From contig OZ237747.1 of NCBI GenBank assembly GCA_965178125.1, positions 434,001-498,000 of the forward strand: 64,000 bases of DNA, given 5' to 3'. The DNA is from Bilabrum cf. latius. Its lineage: Eukaryota. A model generated the notes under the pieces. It had not been told where the DNA came from. It saw nothing but the letters and a program-made list of their open reading frames with translations, and did not search any database. The translations under genes were made by a program, and so were the position numbers. Below are positions 50,592 through 61,679 of this stretch, piece after piece; the first letter of the stretch is position 1; each line of letters opens with the position of its first letter.

Positions 50592-53487
50592 ATGCTCCTT
50601 GGCTTGACCCCAGTGTTGGTTATACTTGTTGTTTTTCAAGCTGCCGCGGATATTCCTGTCCATTGTGTCCATAGACAAGTGAGGTTGGATTGAACACGAG
50701 CTCAGTTCACGCGACCAAACTGAGTGGTATGCACCCAACTGTGTGTTCGCCCCCGCATTTATCGCATTCATGCAGGTTCGAGGGAAATGGAGGTTCAAAG
50801 TAGGCAAAGGAGAGGGTGGAATAGGGCAGACTTGTGGACATGCGCTGCCGGATGAAGTAATGACATTGTTGGATTAGGGTGTATCCTATGATTCTCCCAA
50901 CTTTGAAGTCGATCATGAGTTTGAGGTAGATCTCAGCGATCCTGATGCAGTAACTGTGTCCAAAGGGACTGTAAAGGGGCCTGGTGGGGAAGAGGTGGGT
51001 GCAGACGAGCTTCAGCGATTCGCTTCGCTGCATGCCCTGTCGTCGAACAGCATGAAGAGCGGATCGCATGGCCGATGGACAATGGTATACGACGAGGGTA
51101 TGGATGTCTACGTCGGTGGCAGATCGTACTTTACCTTTTTCCGATATTCGAAGCGGAAGCAGTCCTCCCAGCCGGACAAGGTCGAGGACTTCAAGTGGCA
51201 CTGCGGGGAGACGCTGACCGGGTGGTTCCACCCGCAGCCGGACGGCTACCTTCCGGGTGGTCCCGGCGGCTAGCATGCGATGGGTCACCCTCCCGCCTCA
51301 GATTCCAAATGGGGCTGCTTCATCGCCAAGTAGATCGAGGGCCCGAGCGTGGGTGTCGCAACCAACGAGGACGGGAAGGCCGGCCTCGCGATCACCACAG
51401 AGGACCCTGTGGCGGTGCTGTCTCCCACTGAGGAACAAGGCGAGCCCCAGGACGAGGAGAGGTTCTCGACCCAGCGGCTGGGCGAGGGGGGCGAGGGTAC
51501 CGCCGGTGCAGGGCTGGAGGCCTAGGGGGGGCAGACGGGGGAGAATTCTGTCGGCAGCAGCTCCCTTCGCGGCCTGGCTGCTCTGACAGGGGGAAGCAGC
51601 TCCTCCACAGACCTTGGAGTCGGCACCCGTGCTTCGAGCGAGTCCATTGTGGACGCCATGCCGCTACCCGACTTCAGCGCCGGCGCGCCAGTGTCACCTT
51701 CCATGGTCAGGGCGCTCGCGGCGAGGAGGCACCCCAGTGCTGCCGCAGCTGGTGGCGGTGATATGGCAAGCACTGGGGCGGCTGTCGCGCATGGAGTGGA
51801 TGGGGAGGCATCCTTGCTGCAAGCCGGGGCTGATGCTGGTGCTTATGCCGAGGCTGATGCTGCCACAGATGCCGCAGCGTCCTTTGCTGGAGTGCCATCG
51901 TGGCGCAGTGAAGACTCTGCTGATACCGCCAAGTTCCGCTCGAGCCGGGCGTTTGTGGACCACGTGAACGGCCGCGAGGACCTTACTTGGTCCGCTCGGG
52001 TGCATCCGAGCCTGGAGGGCATGCCCGAGTCTGAGGTGAGGCAGAGGCTGGGTGCCTCCAGCTGGGGCAAGACGGAGGCGCACAGGAGAGCCGCGCTCGA
52101 CAGCGCTCAGCTGGCCGGAGCGGAGGGGCAGGGCCAGGGCGAGGAGCGGGAGCTTGGATCACGAACGGCGGGCAGGGGCGGGGCGGTGCTGGCACCCGCC
52201 GCGATGGGTGGCGGATCGGAGCAGCACAGGTTCCGCTCTTAGAATGCGCGGCGCCGCACGTATGCCCAGGCTCGCGCGCTGTCTCTGTCTAGTTTCCCCG
52301 ATTCGTTGGACTGGCGCAAGGTGGACGGCGGGGCCTACGCCACCAGGGTGGTGGACCAGGGGCAGTGCGGGTCTTGCTACGCGGTCGCGGCCACGGATGC
52401 GATCAGCATGCGGCGGCTGATCCGCAGGGCGATCCTCCAGGGCAAGTACTAGGGGAAGATGGACCTCGGCGATGGCAAGGTTGTGATGCTTGACAACCAG
52501 CTGCACGCGGCAGGGGGAGGCGATGGGGCCCCGCCGTCCACCCAGATGCAGGCCGAGGCTCTGCTGCAGGTGGGCGCCAGTCGCCCCGATGATGCCGAAT
52601 CTGAACCGGGCACGGCCGCAGAGGTGTCTGCGTCTGGCGCACAGCTCGGCGTAGGTGGGTATAGCTCCGGGCTGGGTTACTTGGACGACCCCAAGGAATC
52701 TCCAGCGGCTGCCGACATCGTGAGCGTGCAGTCTGCCCTGTCTTGCTCCGTCTACAACCAGGGCTGCGATGGGGGTTACCCCTACTTGGTCGCAAAGTTT
52801 GGGTACGACGTGGGCTTCCTTCCCGCGGTGTGCATGAAGTACCAGGCGTCCGACGGTGAGTGCACCGCAGGCAGTGGAGGCAGTACGGGGTCCGTGTGCG
52901 CCCCGCGGGAGAACGACGGTGTAAGGTTCGTCTCGGAGCGCAGGGAACAATCAGAGGGATCGGATGAGGACTCATCGCTCACGTCGGGTGCAAAATCATT
53001 CGCGTCTGCCGCGGCCTAGGCTGCTTCGTCCGCCCTGAAGCTGTACGCGATGGCTCCCCGCTCTCACACGGGGTGGTGGGGGTACGTCGGAGGGTACTTT
53101 GGAGCATGCAGCGAGACTGCCATGGTGGAGGCGCTGCAGAGGGGACCTATCACTGTGGATCTGTATGCCCCTGGGGACCTGTTCTACTACGGGGGTGGTG
53201 TGTTCAACTCGCCCGCGGCACCCGGTGGATTCCATGACATCGAGAGCAAGGGGGCATCCAGGTGGGAGAAATCGAACCACGCCGTGGTCTGTGTCGGGTA
53301 CGGGGTCGATGGTGACGGACAGAAGTATTGGATTATAAAGAACTCTTGGGGGAAGGACTGGGGCGAGAACGGTTACTTCCGCGTGAAGCGTGGTGAGGAC
53401 GTTATCGCGGTGGAGTCCAGCGCCACTGAGCTGGAGCCTTATGTCGAGCCTGACATTGTGTCTGGGAGTGTCGATAGTTCTGGGTGA
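50592..53487 (+). CDS. CTSC: Cathepsin C / dipeptidyl peptidase I (papain family C1A with exclusion domain), ~932 aa; intron 50679-50775
   Basis: Signal peptide, then [15 protein letters not shown]. Exclusion domain [10 protein letters not shown]...WGCF. Catalytic [33 protein letters not shown] and KNSWG. 7 TAG. Ends TGA. Confidence 0.9.
50679..50775 (+). other. Spliceosomal intron (GTGAGG...TGCAG, 97 nt) in the cathepsin C gene
   Basis: Removal joins [10 protein letters not shown] to VRGKW across a frame change. Confidence 0.85.
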
Positions 53488-53639
53488 TGCGTAGTGAAGT
53501 ATTAAGAAGTGGATTGGTTCCTCCACTGGAATTCGTTGCGGAACCTTCAAGTTACGGAGCAATCGTGCGCGGCGCCGAAGGCTCAGCTCTGCAACGCACG
53601 TTGGTCCCTGACGCAACTGTTCGGCAAGATATTGTTGCT

Positions 53640-56435
53640 ATGTCAAGCCTCGTCAAGCATATATTTGGCATCGAAGGAGGCTCTTTGGCACTCGCGCGAG
53701 CGGTTAGCAGGCAAATGAAAGCGAGCATGTCGCCACATCACACCACTCCGCGACATCAGACTGGCAGTGACGTCGCCCCATTTTGCCCCCGCACATCGCA
53801 GAAATCGCACTTACACAAGAAAGCTTCAACCTAGCATGGACTTGATGGAACTTCTGACACAGGATTGTTGTCGAGAACCGGCGATCTGGACAGTGCTAGG
53901 ACGTAGTACGACCACGGCACCACACGGCTGCCAGTGGTCGAGGTGGATAGGACCGAAACCGAATACTCGATGGAATGGAAATTGTCCGTGGAGCCTTACG
54001 TAAAGTACTGGATGCTTTTCGGGGCGCTGGCTTTCGTTGTTGCAGCGGCTGTCACTGTCGGCTTACACGTAGCTGGTATTGCGGAGGGTAACGCCGCCAT
54101 CGTCCAGAGTGGATTTCCTTTCGCAGTACCGGCTGTCGCATTCGGGATCCTACTTCTGCTAGACTTGCTTAGTCTTTCCGTTCCTACGCTTGCGCGCCCG
54201 CCCCACCTCGTTATTCTCGCGTCCACTCTTGTGAGATTCGGGGCTGCAACGAGCTATCTGATCCAAGCCTTGGACCTGGCACCAAACCTCGTCATGCGCG
54301 AAGGAAGCTGGCTGGTACCTATTCGATACATTGACTGGCTCGTGACCACGCCAGCGCTCATAACCCTGCTTGGCTCACTGGTCGAGGCGCCCGCCTCGGT
54401 ACTAGGCACCAGCGTGGCAGCTGACATTATCGCCCTCGTGCTAGGCATGCTGGCGAGGCCATCTCCCCCAGCGGCTCGGTACGTTCTGATCGCCTTGGCT
54501 TGCTTGTGTTTCTCTGTTTCTATGTGGGGCTGTGCCCTGATGCTGCAGGACGCTCACGCCCGCGCGCTCAACGAGGCCAGTCGCCGCCGCGTGTGGGCCG
54601 TGAGCATCGTGGTGGGGCTGCTGCTGTGGGTGTACCCCTTGATTTTTATCCTGGAGGGCGAGCAGGCCATCGACGCATTTGAAAGAGATGTGTTCTTTTC
54701 TGTGGCTGATATCGGCGTGAAGATCGGTGTGACGAGTGTGCTCTCCCGCATGAGCATCCTCCGGTTCAGCGAGGAGCTGGATATGTCTGCGGCAGTGCTG
54801 CAGCACATTGCACGAGAGAAGGCGAGGCTGCTGGACGCGGTTCGCAACAGGGTGCAGCCATCTCTGGAGAGCCAGCTGGCCAGCATCGAGGAGCTCAGCA
54901 AGGTCATGAAGAAGTCCGACGCTGGGGACGAGCAAATTGGAATGCGCCCTGAAAAGCAGATCAGCGAGCCATCAAAGCGCCAAGCTGCCAGCAGCAAGCT
55001 GTTTGGGGAACGCAATCAGGCAGCATCGAGGACCAGAAGTATACGCTCTGTCAGCAGCGCGATGGCTGGCAGTTGCGCGGGCAGCGTATCCTCCTTCCTG
55101 GACCCCATTGAGGCCATCGACAACGTGTACAGCCTGGCGCTCAGCATGTCCAAAGCCATGAACGATGTGGCCATGTACGAGCAGGCGACCAGCCGCACAC
55201 TCAAAGCAAGGATCGCGCCTCTCAACCCCGTGGCCCTCTACAGGCCCATCCGAGCCAGGGTGCGGGGCCTGGCTCTGCGCAAGAACATCAAGACGGAGTT
55301 CCTGTGGCTGGACAGCGACGGCTTCGTGGACGATGTGGGCGCGCTGGTGGACATGCGTGCTCTGCAGTTTGTGCTGCTGACCACGGTGCACTCGGCGGTG
55401 CAGTCGGCGGGTCGCAACGGCAGCGTGCTGGTGCTGTGCGAGGTGCTGCCGCACCACAAGCGGTCAGCCTACCGGGGCTCGGCGTGGCACGGGAGCAGCG
55501 AGGACACCAGCGGGGGAACACAGGGGCATCACGCGTACTTCCTGCGCGTGCTGGTGTGCGACAGCGGGGCCAGGAGCGTGGACCTGGATCCTGCCGTGCG
55601 GGCCCGCAAGTCGGAGCAGCAGACGCAGCTGATGGTGGGTCAGAAGAACCGCGCGATGGCGGACAGCGCGGCGATGTTCCGCAGCCAGGCGCGCCAGGAG
55701 GCGGACCAGGAGCGGCGGACGTTCGCCATGTACTCGCGCGGCGTGAGTGCTGAGCTGTCTCCGGCGGAGGCGATCGCCGCAGTGCACCCGGAGAGGCCGG
55801 TGGACGGGCGCATGACTGCGCGGGAGCTGATGGCGCTGGGACAGGCGCAGGACTCAATGGCAGACAGGGGGCGCGCGGCGAGTGCGATGGAGCTGGGCCT
55901 GTGTCGGTTCTTGGTGGAGAGGATGCGGGGGGCGGTGAGGCTGCTGCCCGGCGTTGACATCGACACCGTGTCGGAGGCTAGGAAAGCCAGCTTGCAGCAT
56001 GGTGCCTCCGCTTCCAAGATGTCCACTGGTGCAGCTGTAGGACCTGATTCGAGTGGGCAAGATGCTGCCTCCGTGGGAGCCGTGAGCAATAGAGACGAAG
56101 CAAATTCGAGCTCCGTGTAGGTCAAAGAATCAGGCAGGATGAAGGTGCTAGAGGATGAAAGAGATTCGCACAGGATGCCAACTGAAACGTTAGACGAAAG
56201 AAGCAGCATGATCCTGGGCATTACTTCCGCTGATGGAATGGACAGAGTTGCTGAAGACAGGTTGCAGTATGTACTGGAGATGGTCGTCCCGCTGCATTCA
56301 GTGGCAGGTCTACAGCATATGTCAGGAAATAGAGGGCATCTTGAGGCCTTTTGGGGCAGCGGCGGTGCATCTCAAGTTTTGCAACACCTTGCTAGATCGC
56401 CTGGGGCTCATGTGGCTGTTGGTGACCTTTCGTGA
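53640..56435 (+). CDS. Microbial (type-1) rhodopsin, 8 TM, fused to a degenerate histidine-kinase (HisKA/HATPase-like) module, copy 1, ~930 aa; start uncertain (53640/53715/53727)
   Basis: Helix C RYIDWLVTTP, helix F YP, and helix G DIGVK (Lys codon 54720). These are followed by KARLLDAVRNRVQPSL, DMRALQFVLLTTVHSAVQS, LRVLVCDSG, ELGLCRFLVERMRGAV and YVLEMVVPL. TAGs at 53832, 53904 and 56118. Ends TGA. Confidence 0.85.
55091..55949. repeat. Near-identical inverted copy of 62391-63250 (a second block ~54499-54850 matches ~63541-63890)
   Basis: Reverse-complement comparison by eye shows long stretches of identity between the two rhodopsin paralogs, interrupted by diverged linkers. Confidence 0.9.
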
Positions 56436-56560
56436 ACCGGGTTCCGGTTTATAGAGAGTATTTGCTCGTGCTCGCTCGCAAGTCTTCATTCGTGAGTGAT
56501 AACTGCCACGACTGATCATAAAGAGGAAGCAAATTTCCATATTTGGTATAACAACATAAA

Positions 56561-58846
56561 ATGCAACAAGCCATGGTGCAGCTGAAGATTTCGCAATCAA
56601 CTTGGACCGCACTAGCTCGAATATCATTTTGTGGCGAGCTCGCACCTAGTATCAACGTACAGACAGCGGCAGTGGACGCTGTGAATAGGCTTAAACCGCA
56701 CATATGCTGCGCTGTAATAGACTAGTACGCTAGACGCGGTATTATCGTTGCCGTCGCCGGAGAGTCTAGACAATCGACAAACGACTTGTTGGAGCACGCC
56801 TTGCAAAGTATTCGGGATACTATCTACGAGATGTAGTCGCAAGGCATGCATTCTGTTGGTGAATATGTTACATTCGAGTCTATTCAGTGTTTAGGGGGTC
56901 TTGCTTTGGTGCATCCAGTGGTGCCTCGGACGTCGAAGAGAGTGTCCGCAAGCCCCACGCCTCTATGGCGGTTCTGCCAATCGCACCCAAATCTAGCTGC
57001 ATAGATATTGAACGCTTGGATTTCAAACGTGTCTCGTTTGCAGTCATGCACCGGAATTTTGTCCGGAGCTCATGCAGTGCTCGGTCCCGACTGCCTGGTC
57101 TGCAGTGCAGACGGGCTTGACGCCCACTGTGTTATGCGGACATCATTGATCGTCATACCAGGCATTCTTTAGCTGGCTATTCAGACGGAAAAATGGCGGA
57201 TCCGCATCGCTAAGACAGATGCGTCTGACTTTTGCTCGCGTGCCAGTTGTACGCATGGATCCAGCAAGCAGGACGGAGCATCGCCACCGCTTGCATCGAC
57301 TTGCAGCGTGCTGGCAGCGCGCAGAGGTGCGTACTGCGCAAGCAGCGAGGATGCTCGTCCAGCGGATACTGCGCTAGTAGATTCATATGTGTGGCCGTGC
57401 CTGATCCCCGCTACAGTGCGGGGAATATCCAGCGGTGGTGCAGGATCCTCGGAGCCGACGGTGGCTGTCGATCTGCAACTCGGAAGCACCGGCAGCAGAC
57501 TATACACTGACATTTTGGGTGATTTCTAGTCTCAACGGTGTAACATCCCAATATCACAGTTGATTCTTTCCTCCGCACCCCTCCGGAGCAAGAGCGCAGA
57601 AGCAGAGGCTGTCTGCATCGAGCAGCTGCTCGCTGCCTGTTCTCGGCTGCCGTTCGTAGAGAAGGTGGATCTGATACCCAGCGAGGGTCTGCCAGCCTCA
57701 ACCAAAGCATCCATACCTGCACAATCAAGCGAGGCGAGGTTTGCAAAGCTGCCCGTGGTCGACTTGCCAGCAGAGCCAGTCACCGTCCCTGCCTCCAAGG
57801 CAGCCACCGCGAGGAATATGTGGCCGGTGCCCACGAACACGCTGGGAGTGGAGCTGCTGGAGCAGCTGTCGCCTGCGATCTGGTTGAAGCTGGGACTACC
57901 GGTTGATCCTGTTGAGGGCACGGCGGTGGGAGCTTCGGCAAGCAGTGCAGATTCTGCGGCCTCGGGAACAGGGGCGGAGAAGTCGGGAGCCGCGCATCCT
58001 TTTGAGCACATTCAGGCAGCTGCGCGCCTACTTCTGTCCTCTGTCTACCGCTAGGCGGGAGCTGCTGGAGCCGTGGAGCCCGACGACCCCCTGGCTGGCG
58101 TAGCGGACGCGGAGCTCGAGAGGCTTTAGAGAGAAGCAGAGAGAAGGCGGCGCCAGCACGAGCGCAAGAAGTTTGCAGAGCGGTTCAAGGCCGCCAAGGC
58201 GAGCTTTGTTGCGGGTAAGCAGTACACAAATCACCGCAAAGAAGCTGAGCAGGAGGCCAAGAAGGAGGGCATTCATGTGCACGCGCAAGCCAGCGCAAGG
58301 CCCGGACCTGCCACGGCCACCGAGCACGTCGCCGCGCCTGAAGAGGCGGAGGAATGGGCTCTCGTGCTGGGCAAGCCCAGCAACTTGGGCGGCAAACGAA
58401 AACGGTAGCACGGTGTTCCAAAGTCTCATAAAGCCGGGTCAGGAAAATCGACCGCGAGTCAGTCCAAGCCCCAGAAGCAGGTGCACAGTGATGCTGAAGC
58501 AGTCGCAAAAATGCCAGCATCAAAGCACCGCAGGGTTTCCGCAGCATCCGGATCTAGCAAGGGTGCTGCATCAAGAGCAGGAGCGGGCGCCGCATCTAAG
58601 GGCGCTGGCACTACTCTCACAGCACTCAGAGGCAGAGAAGCATTGAAGGCACCTCCGGTCCGCGTAGCACCCATGCAGGGGGATGCAGGTCGGTCGATGA
58701 AGGTGCTTGGGCAAGCAGGCAAGTCCGCAGGAGCACCTGCTAGGGGGCAACCCGGCAGCAATTTGGCTGGACTGGATAGTGGCAGTGACTCCAGCCTCTC
58801 CAGTGACAGTGACGACTCGCTCGACTTCTCTGATGACGAGGACTGA
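56561..58846 (+). CDS. Hypothetical protein, ~761 aa, with an acidic C-terminus
   Basis: Single frame from ATG 56561 with 8 TAG and no TAA/TGA until 58844. It fills the intergenic space but has no recognised motif. Confidence 0.6.
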
Positions 58847-58956
58847 GTCCAAGCAGGGGTGACGCGAGCGGCCTTGGTAGGGGCGTGTAAGGGTGAAATT
58901 CTGTAACATGATTCCGATTGCTAGCAAGAACAAAGAACGATTCCAATGCAGTCAGC

Positions 58957-61556
58957 TCAGATTCTCACAACGGAAGCCCTCACCCGCTTGCTTGCATCAT
59001 GAGACACAGCGCGCTTCTTCTTGCCTCCGTCAGTCGCAGCAGCAGCAACAGCAGCAGTCGGATCCGACTGCGGATGTACCTCCAGCCGACAGTAGAAACC
59101 AGCCGACCGAGAGCGGCACAGCTGCCCGTGGCTCACCACCACAGTGCCCTCGATGTCCTTCACGAAAGGAGCGAGCCTGGACGGCAGCAGCAGCACGTCC
59201 GGCTTCAGCGGCATGGCAACGTGGGCCTGCTAGGCCAGGTCCAGAGGGAGGCCCTCGGAGGGAGGGAACACTGGGTAGAAAGACCTCTGGTCCAGGAGCT
59301 GGGCGGCGAGTTGCGGGATGCGCTGCGGGCGCGGGGCTCCTGGCGCGTGCTTGAACGTGGACTGCGAGCCGAGGTCACGCAGCACGTCCTCTGCAACGGT
59401 AGAGAAGACCATGCCACCCACCGAGAAGGTGCATGGGTTCGGCATCAGCGTCACTCTCTGCATGTAAGGGATTCAACAAGGAGAGTAGGAGCAAGGTGTG
59501 GGTGGAGCAGGCTCACAAGCACGAGACGCTTTGGTGCGCAGCAGGACATTCGGTGCCCGCGGGCCAACCGCTCTTCCGAGGCACGGGGAGCTCCTGGGGC
59601 AAAGAAAACATGCAGCGTACAATACAAAACAAAACAAAACGAAAGCATGCGTACTGGTCTCACCTGTCTTGGCACCTCTCCGATGCCCTCGAGCATGGAG
59701 GAGTCGAACTGTGGCTGGGGGAAGACCGGCTCGCCGAGCACCCCGGTCGTGGCCGGAACGATCACAACCCTGCACTTGCTCAGAGCAGGCGACATGAGCG
59801 CCTCCTCCACTGCAGGCAGCACCCTCAGTTCCCACAGGTCCTAAAAGGTGATGCTGAACACCACTCCGTCGTCGTTCGGCAGCCGGATGGTGCCTCGCCT
59901 GCACGCGGGGTGGGAATCGTCCAGAAAGGGCCCCTGCAGAACGAGCACGTCGGGGGGGCACTCCGCCTGCTGAGCCTCCATGAGCAGGTCGAGCAGCGGC
60001 TGGAACGCAAGATCGTCGTGAGTGCAGAAGGGTCCGGACGCCGCCCACAGGCGCATCGGTCCAGAGCCAGTTGTCTCGGCGTGCTCAGCCCTGGCAGACA
60101 GCACTGGGATGGGCGTCTTGGGTGTCGGCAGCGGGGCAGCGTCCATGATCTCCTTGGCAACCACACAGTTGCCGTCTGAGTTGATGCCCTTCGCCACGAT
60201 GACCTGCCCGGGGAACAACGAAAATGCGGGCACCTCGTCGACCCTCAGCCGCGCCCTTGAGCCCTCACTTGACCCGATGGACCCCTCCAGCAGCAGCTGC
60301 GTGGGTTTCAGCTTCCCATCGGACTCGCCCATGACCCTCCCGCACACCATCACCTCGGTCTGAGAAGCATCAGATACGCCGGAGAGGCCCTCCTCTTGCA
60401 TGCCCTTGGCCTTGAGGATGGCACGCCCGATCACCTCGCACCGAGCGTCCAATGCTTCGGCACGGCGATCCGGAGTGGTAAACATGTACTTGAAGGGGCC
60501 GGGCAGGGTACCCGCCCCGAACCTCGAGTGCTTGGCCAGCACGGGCCTGGCTTCCAGCGCCCCCGTGCCGTCGGTGCCAACGGCCCACGCCCCCCTAGCA
60601 GCCAAGGTGCCGCTCGCCACGGGGATGAAAGGCTCCGTGGACTCGTCCCCGAACTCGCCTGCCGCATCGTACGTGGTCACAACATCGCCAGCGTTCTTTC
60701 GCGTCTTGTAGGCGGAGCCGGGGGTGGCCCTCCCACTGCCACTCGAGGAGGACGAGGCACCTGGTCCTGTAGCGGGCGTGCTCGCAGTGGATACTGGGCG
60801 CGAGGCGGGGGTGCGCGGGGCGGTCGATGCCCCGCCCTTGGCCTGCCCGCCCATGCTAGATGAGCGGCCGAGCGTCCTTGGTCCAGCGCCAGAATCCATA
60901 GGCGCTTGCCCGAACGAGTCCCTCCTCGACTGGCGCGCCTCTCTTCTGGCAGACCCGCCAGGTGCACGGCCCGTATGGGAAGGAGTTCCGTACCCGCTGG
61001 ATTTCCCTGGCTTATCCTGCGAAACAGTACTTACACGAATAACAAATCAAATGGCAAATGTGAATCAAACGATCTGCGAAATTCGAGATAATCTTGATTG
61101 CAGCTAGCTCGACCGAATGCCTAGGGTGCTCACCTCGCCAAGTCCCAGCATGGTCTCAAACGATGTATCACCAACGTCACCGTCATCCATCATGACAGCA
61201 CTTCCTACTCCTAGGTCACCGGCAGCCTTACGGCCTCTTGAGGCTACCATGCGAGCAGCCATCTGCTTGACTACTCCGACATCCACCACGGCAGACTTGC
61301 CACCGCTCAGTGCAGCTTCGCAGAGATCGGCAATATCTTCAGCATTCATTCCAGCATCAGACGCCATATGGAGACCTGCGGGGATGGGTCAAGCAGCGGG
61401 GCGGCGGCAAGACTGCGGTAAGAATTCAAATCTCGCAATTGAACCGGATAATTGCGTGCACACTGTCATCATACATTGGGACTGTGCTTCATCGGATGCA
61501 AATTTAAGACTTCTAGCAGCTAGTTCTCGCTGTACTAGCGAGGATAAGCTTGACAT
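58957..61556 (-). CDS. POLA2: DNA polymerase alpha subunit B (Pol12), ~725 aa; introns 61376-61474, 61017-61133 and 59458-59663
   Basis: FKYMF, VCGRV, LLLEGS, FSLFPGQVIVAKGIN, AASGPF, PDVLVLQGPFLD, VFPQP, MPNPC, QRSFYPVFPP, PDVLLLPS. Three GT-AG introns give a continuous frame. Ends TGA. Confidence 0.9.
59458..59663 (-). other. Spliceosomal intron (GTGAGA...TGCAG, 206 nt) in POLA2
   Basis: Removal joins VPRQ to RVTLMPNPC across a frame change. Confidence 0.85.
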
Positions 61557-61679
61557 TCTGCCGGCAACTGCCTAGAAGATTGAAGCGACCAAAATGAGCC
61601 AGGCTTGCGGAACTGAACGTGTGCGCGGCGCCATAATAAACCATCCATAGCTTTGACTTACAATGCGTTGGGCACTTGA

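Noticed and set aside
61376-61474. Intronic C/D snoRNA (ATGATGA at the intron 5' end)
   Set aside because: No CTGA D box or terminal stem was found, and the C-like motif overlaps the splice donor.
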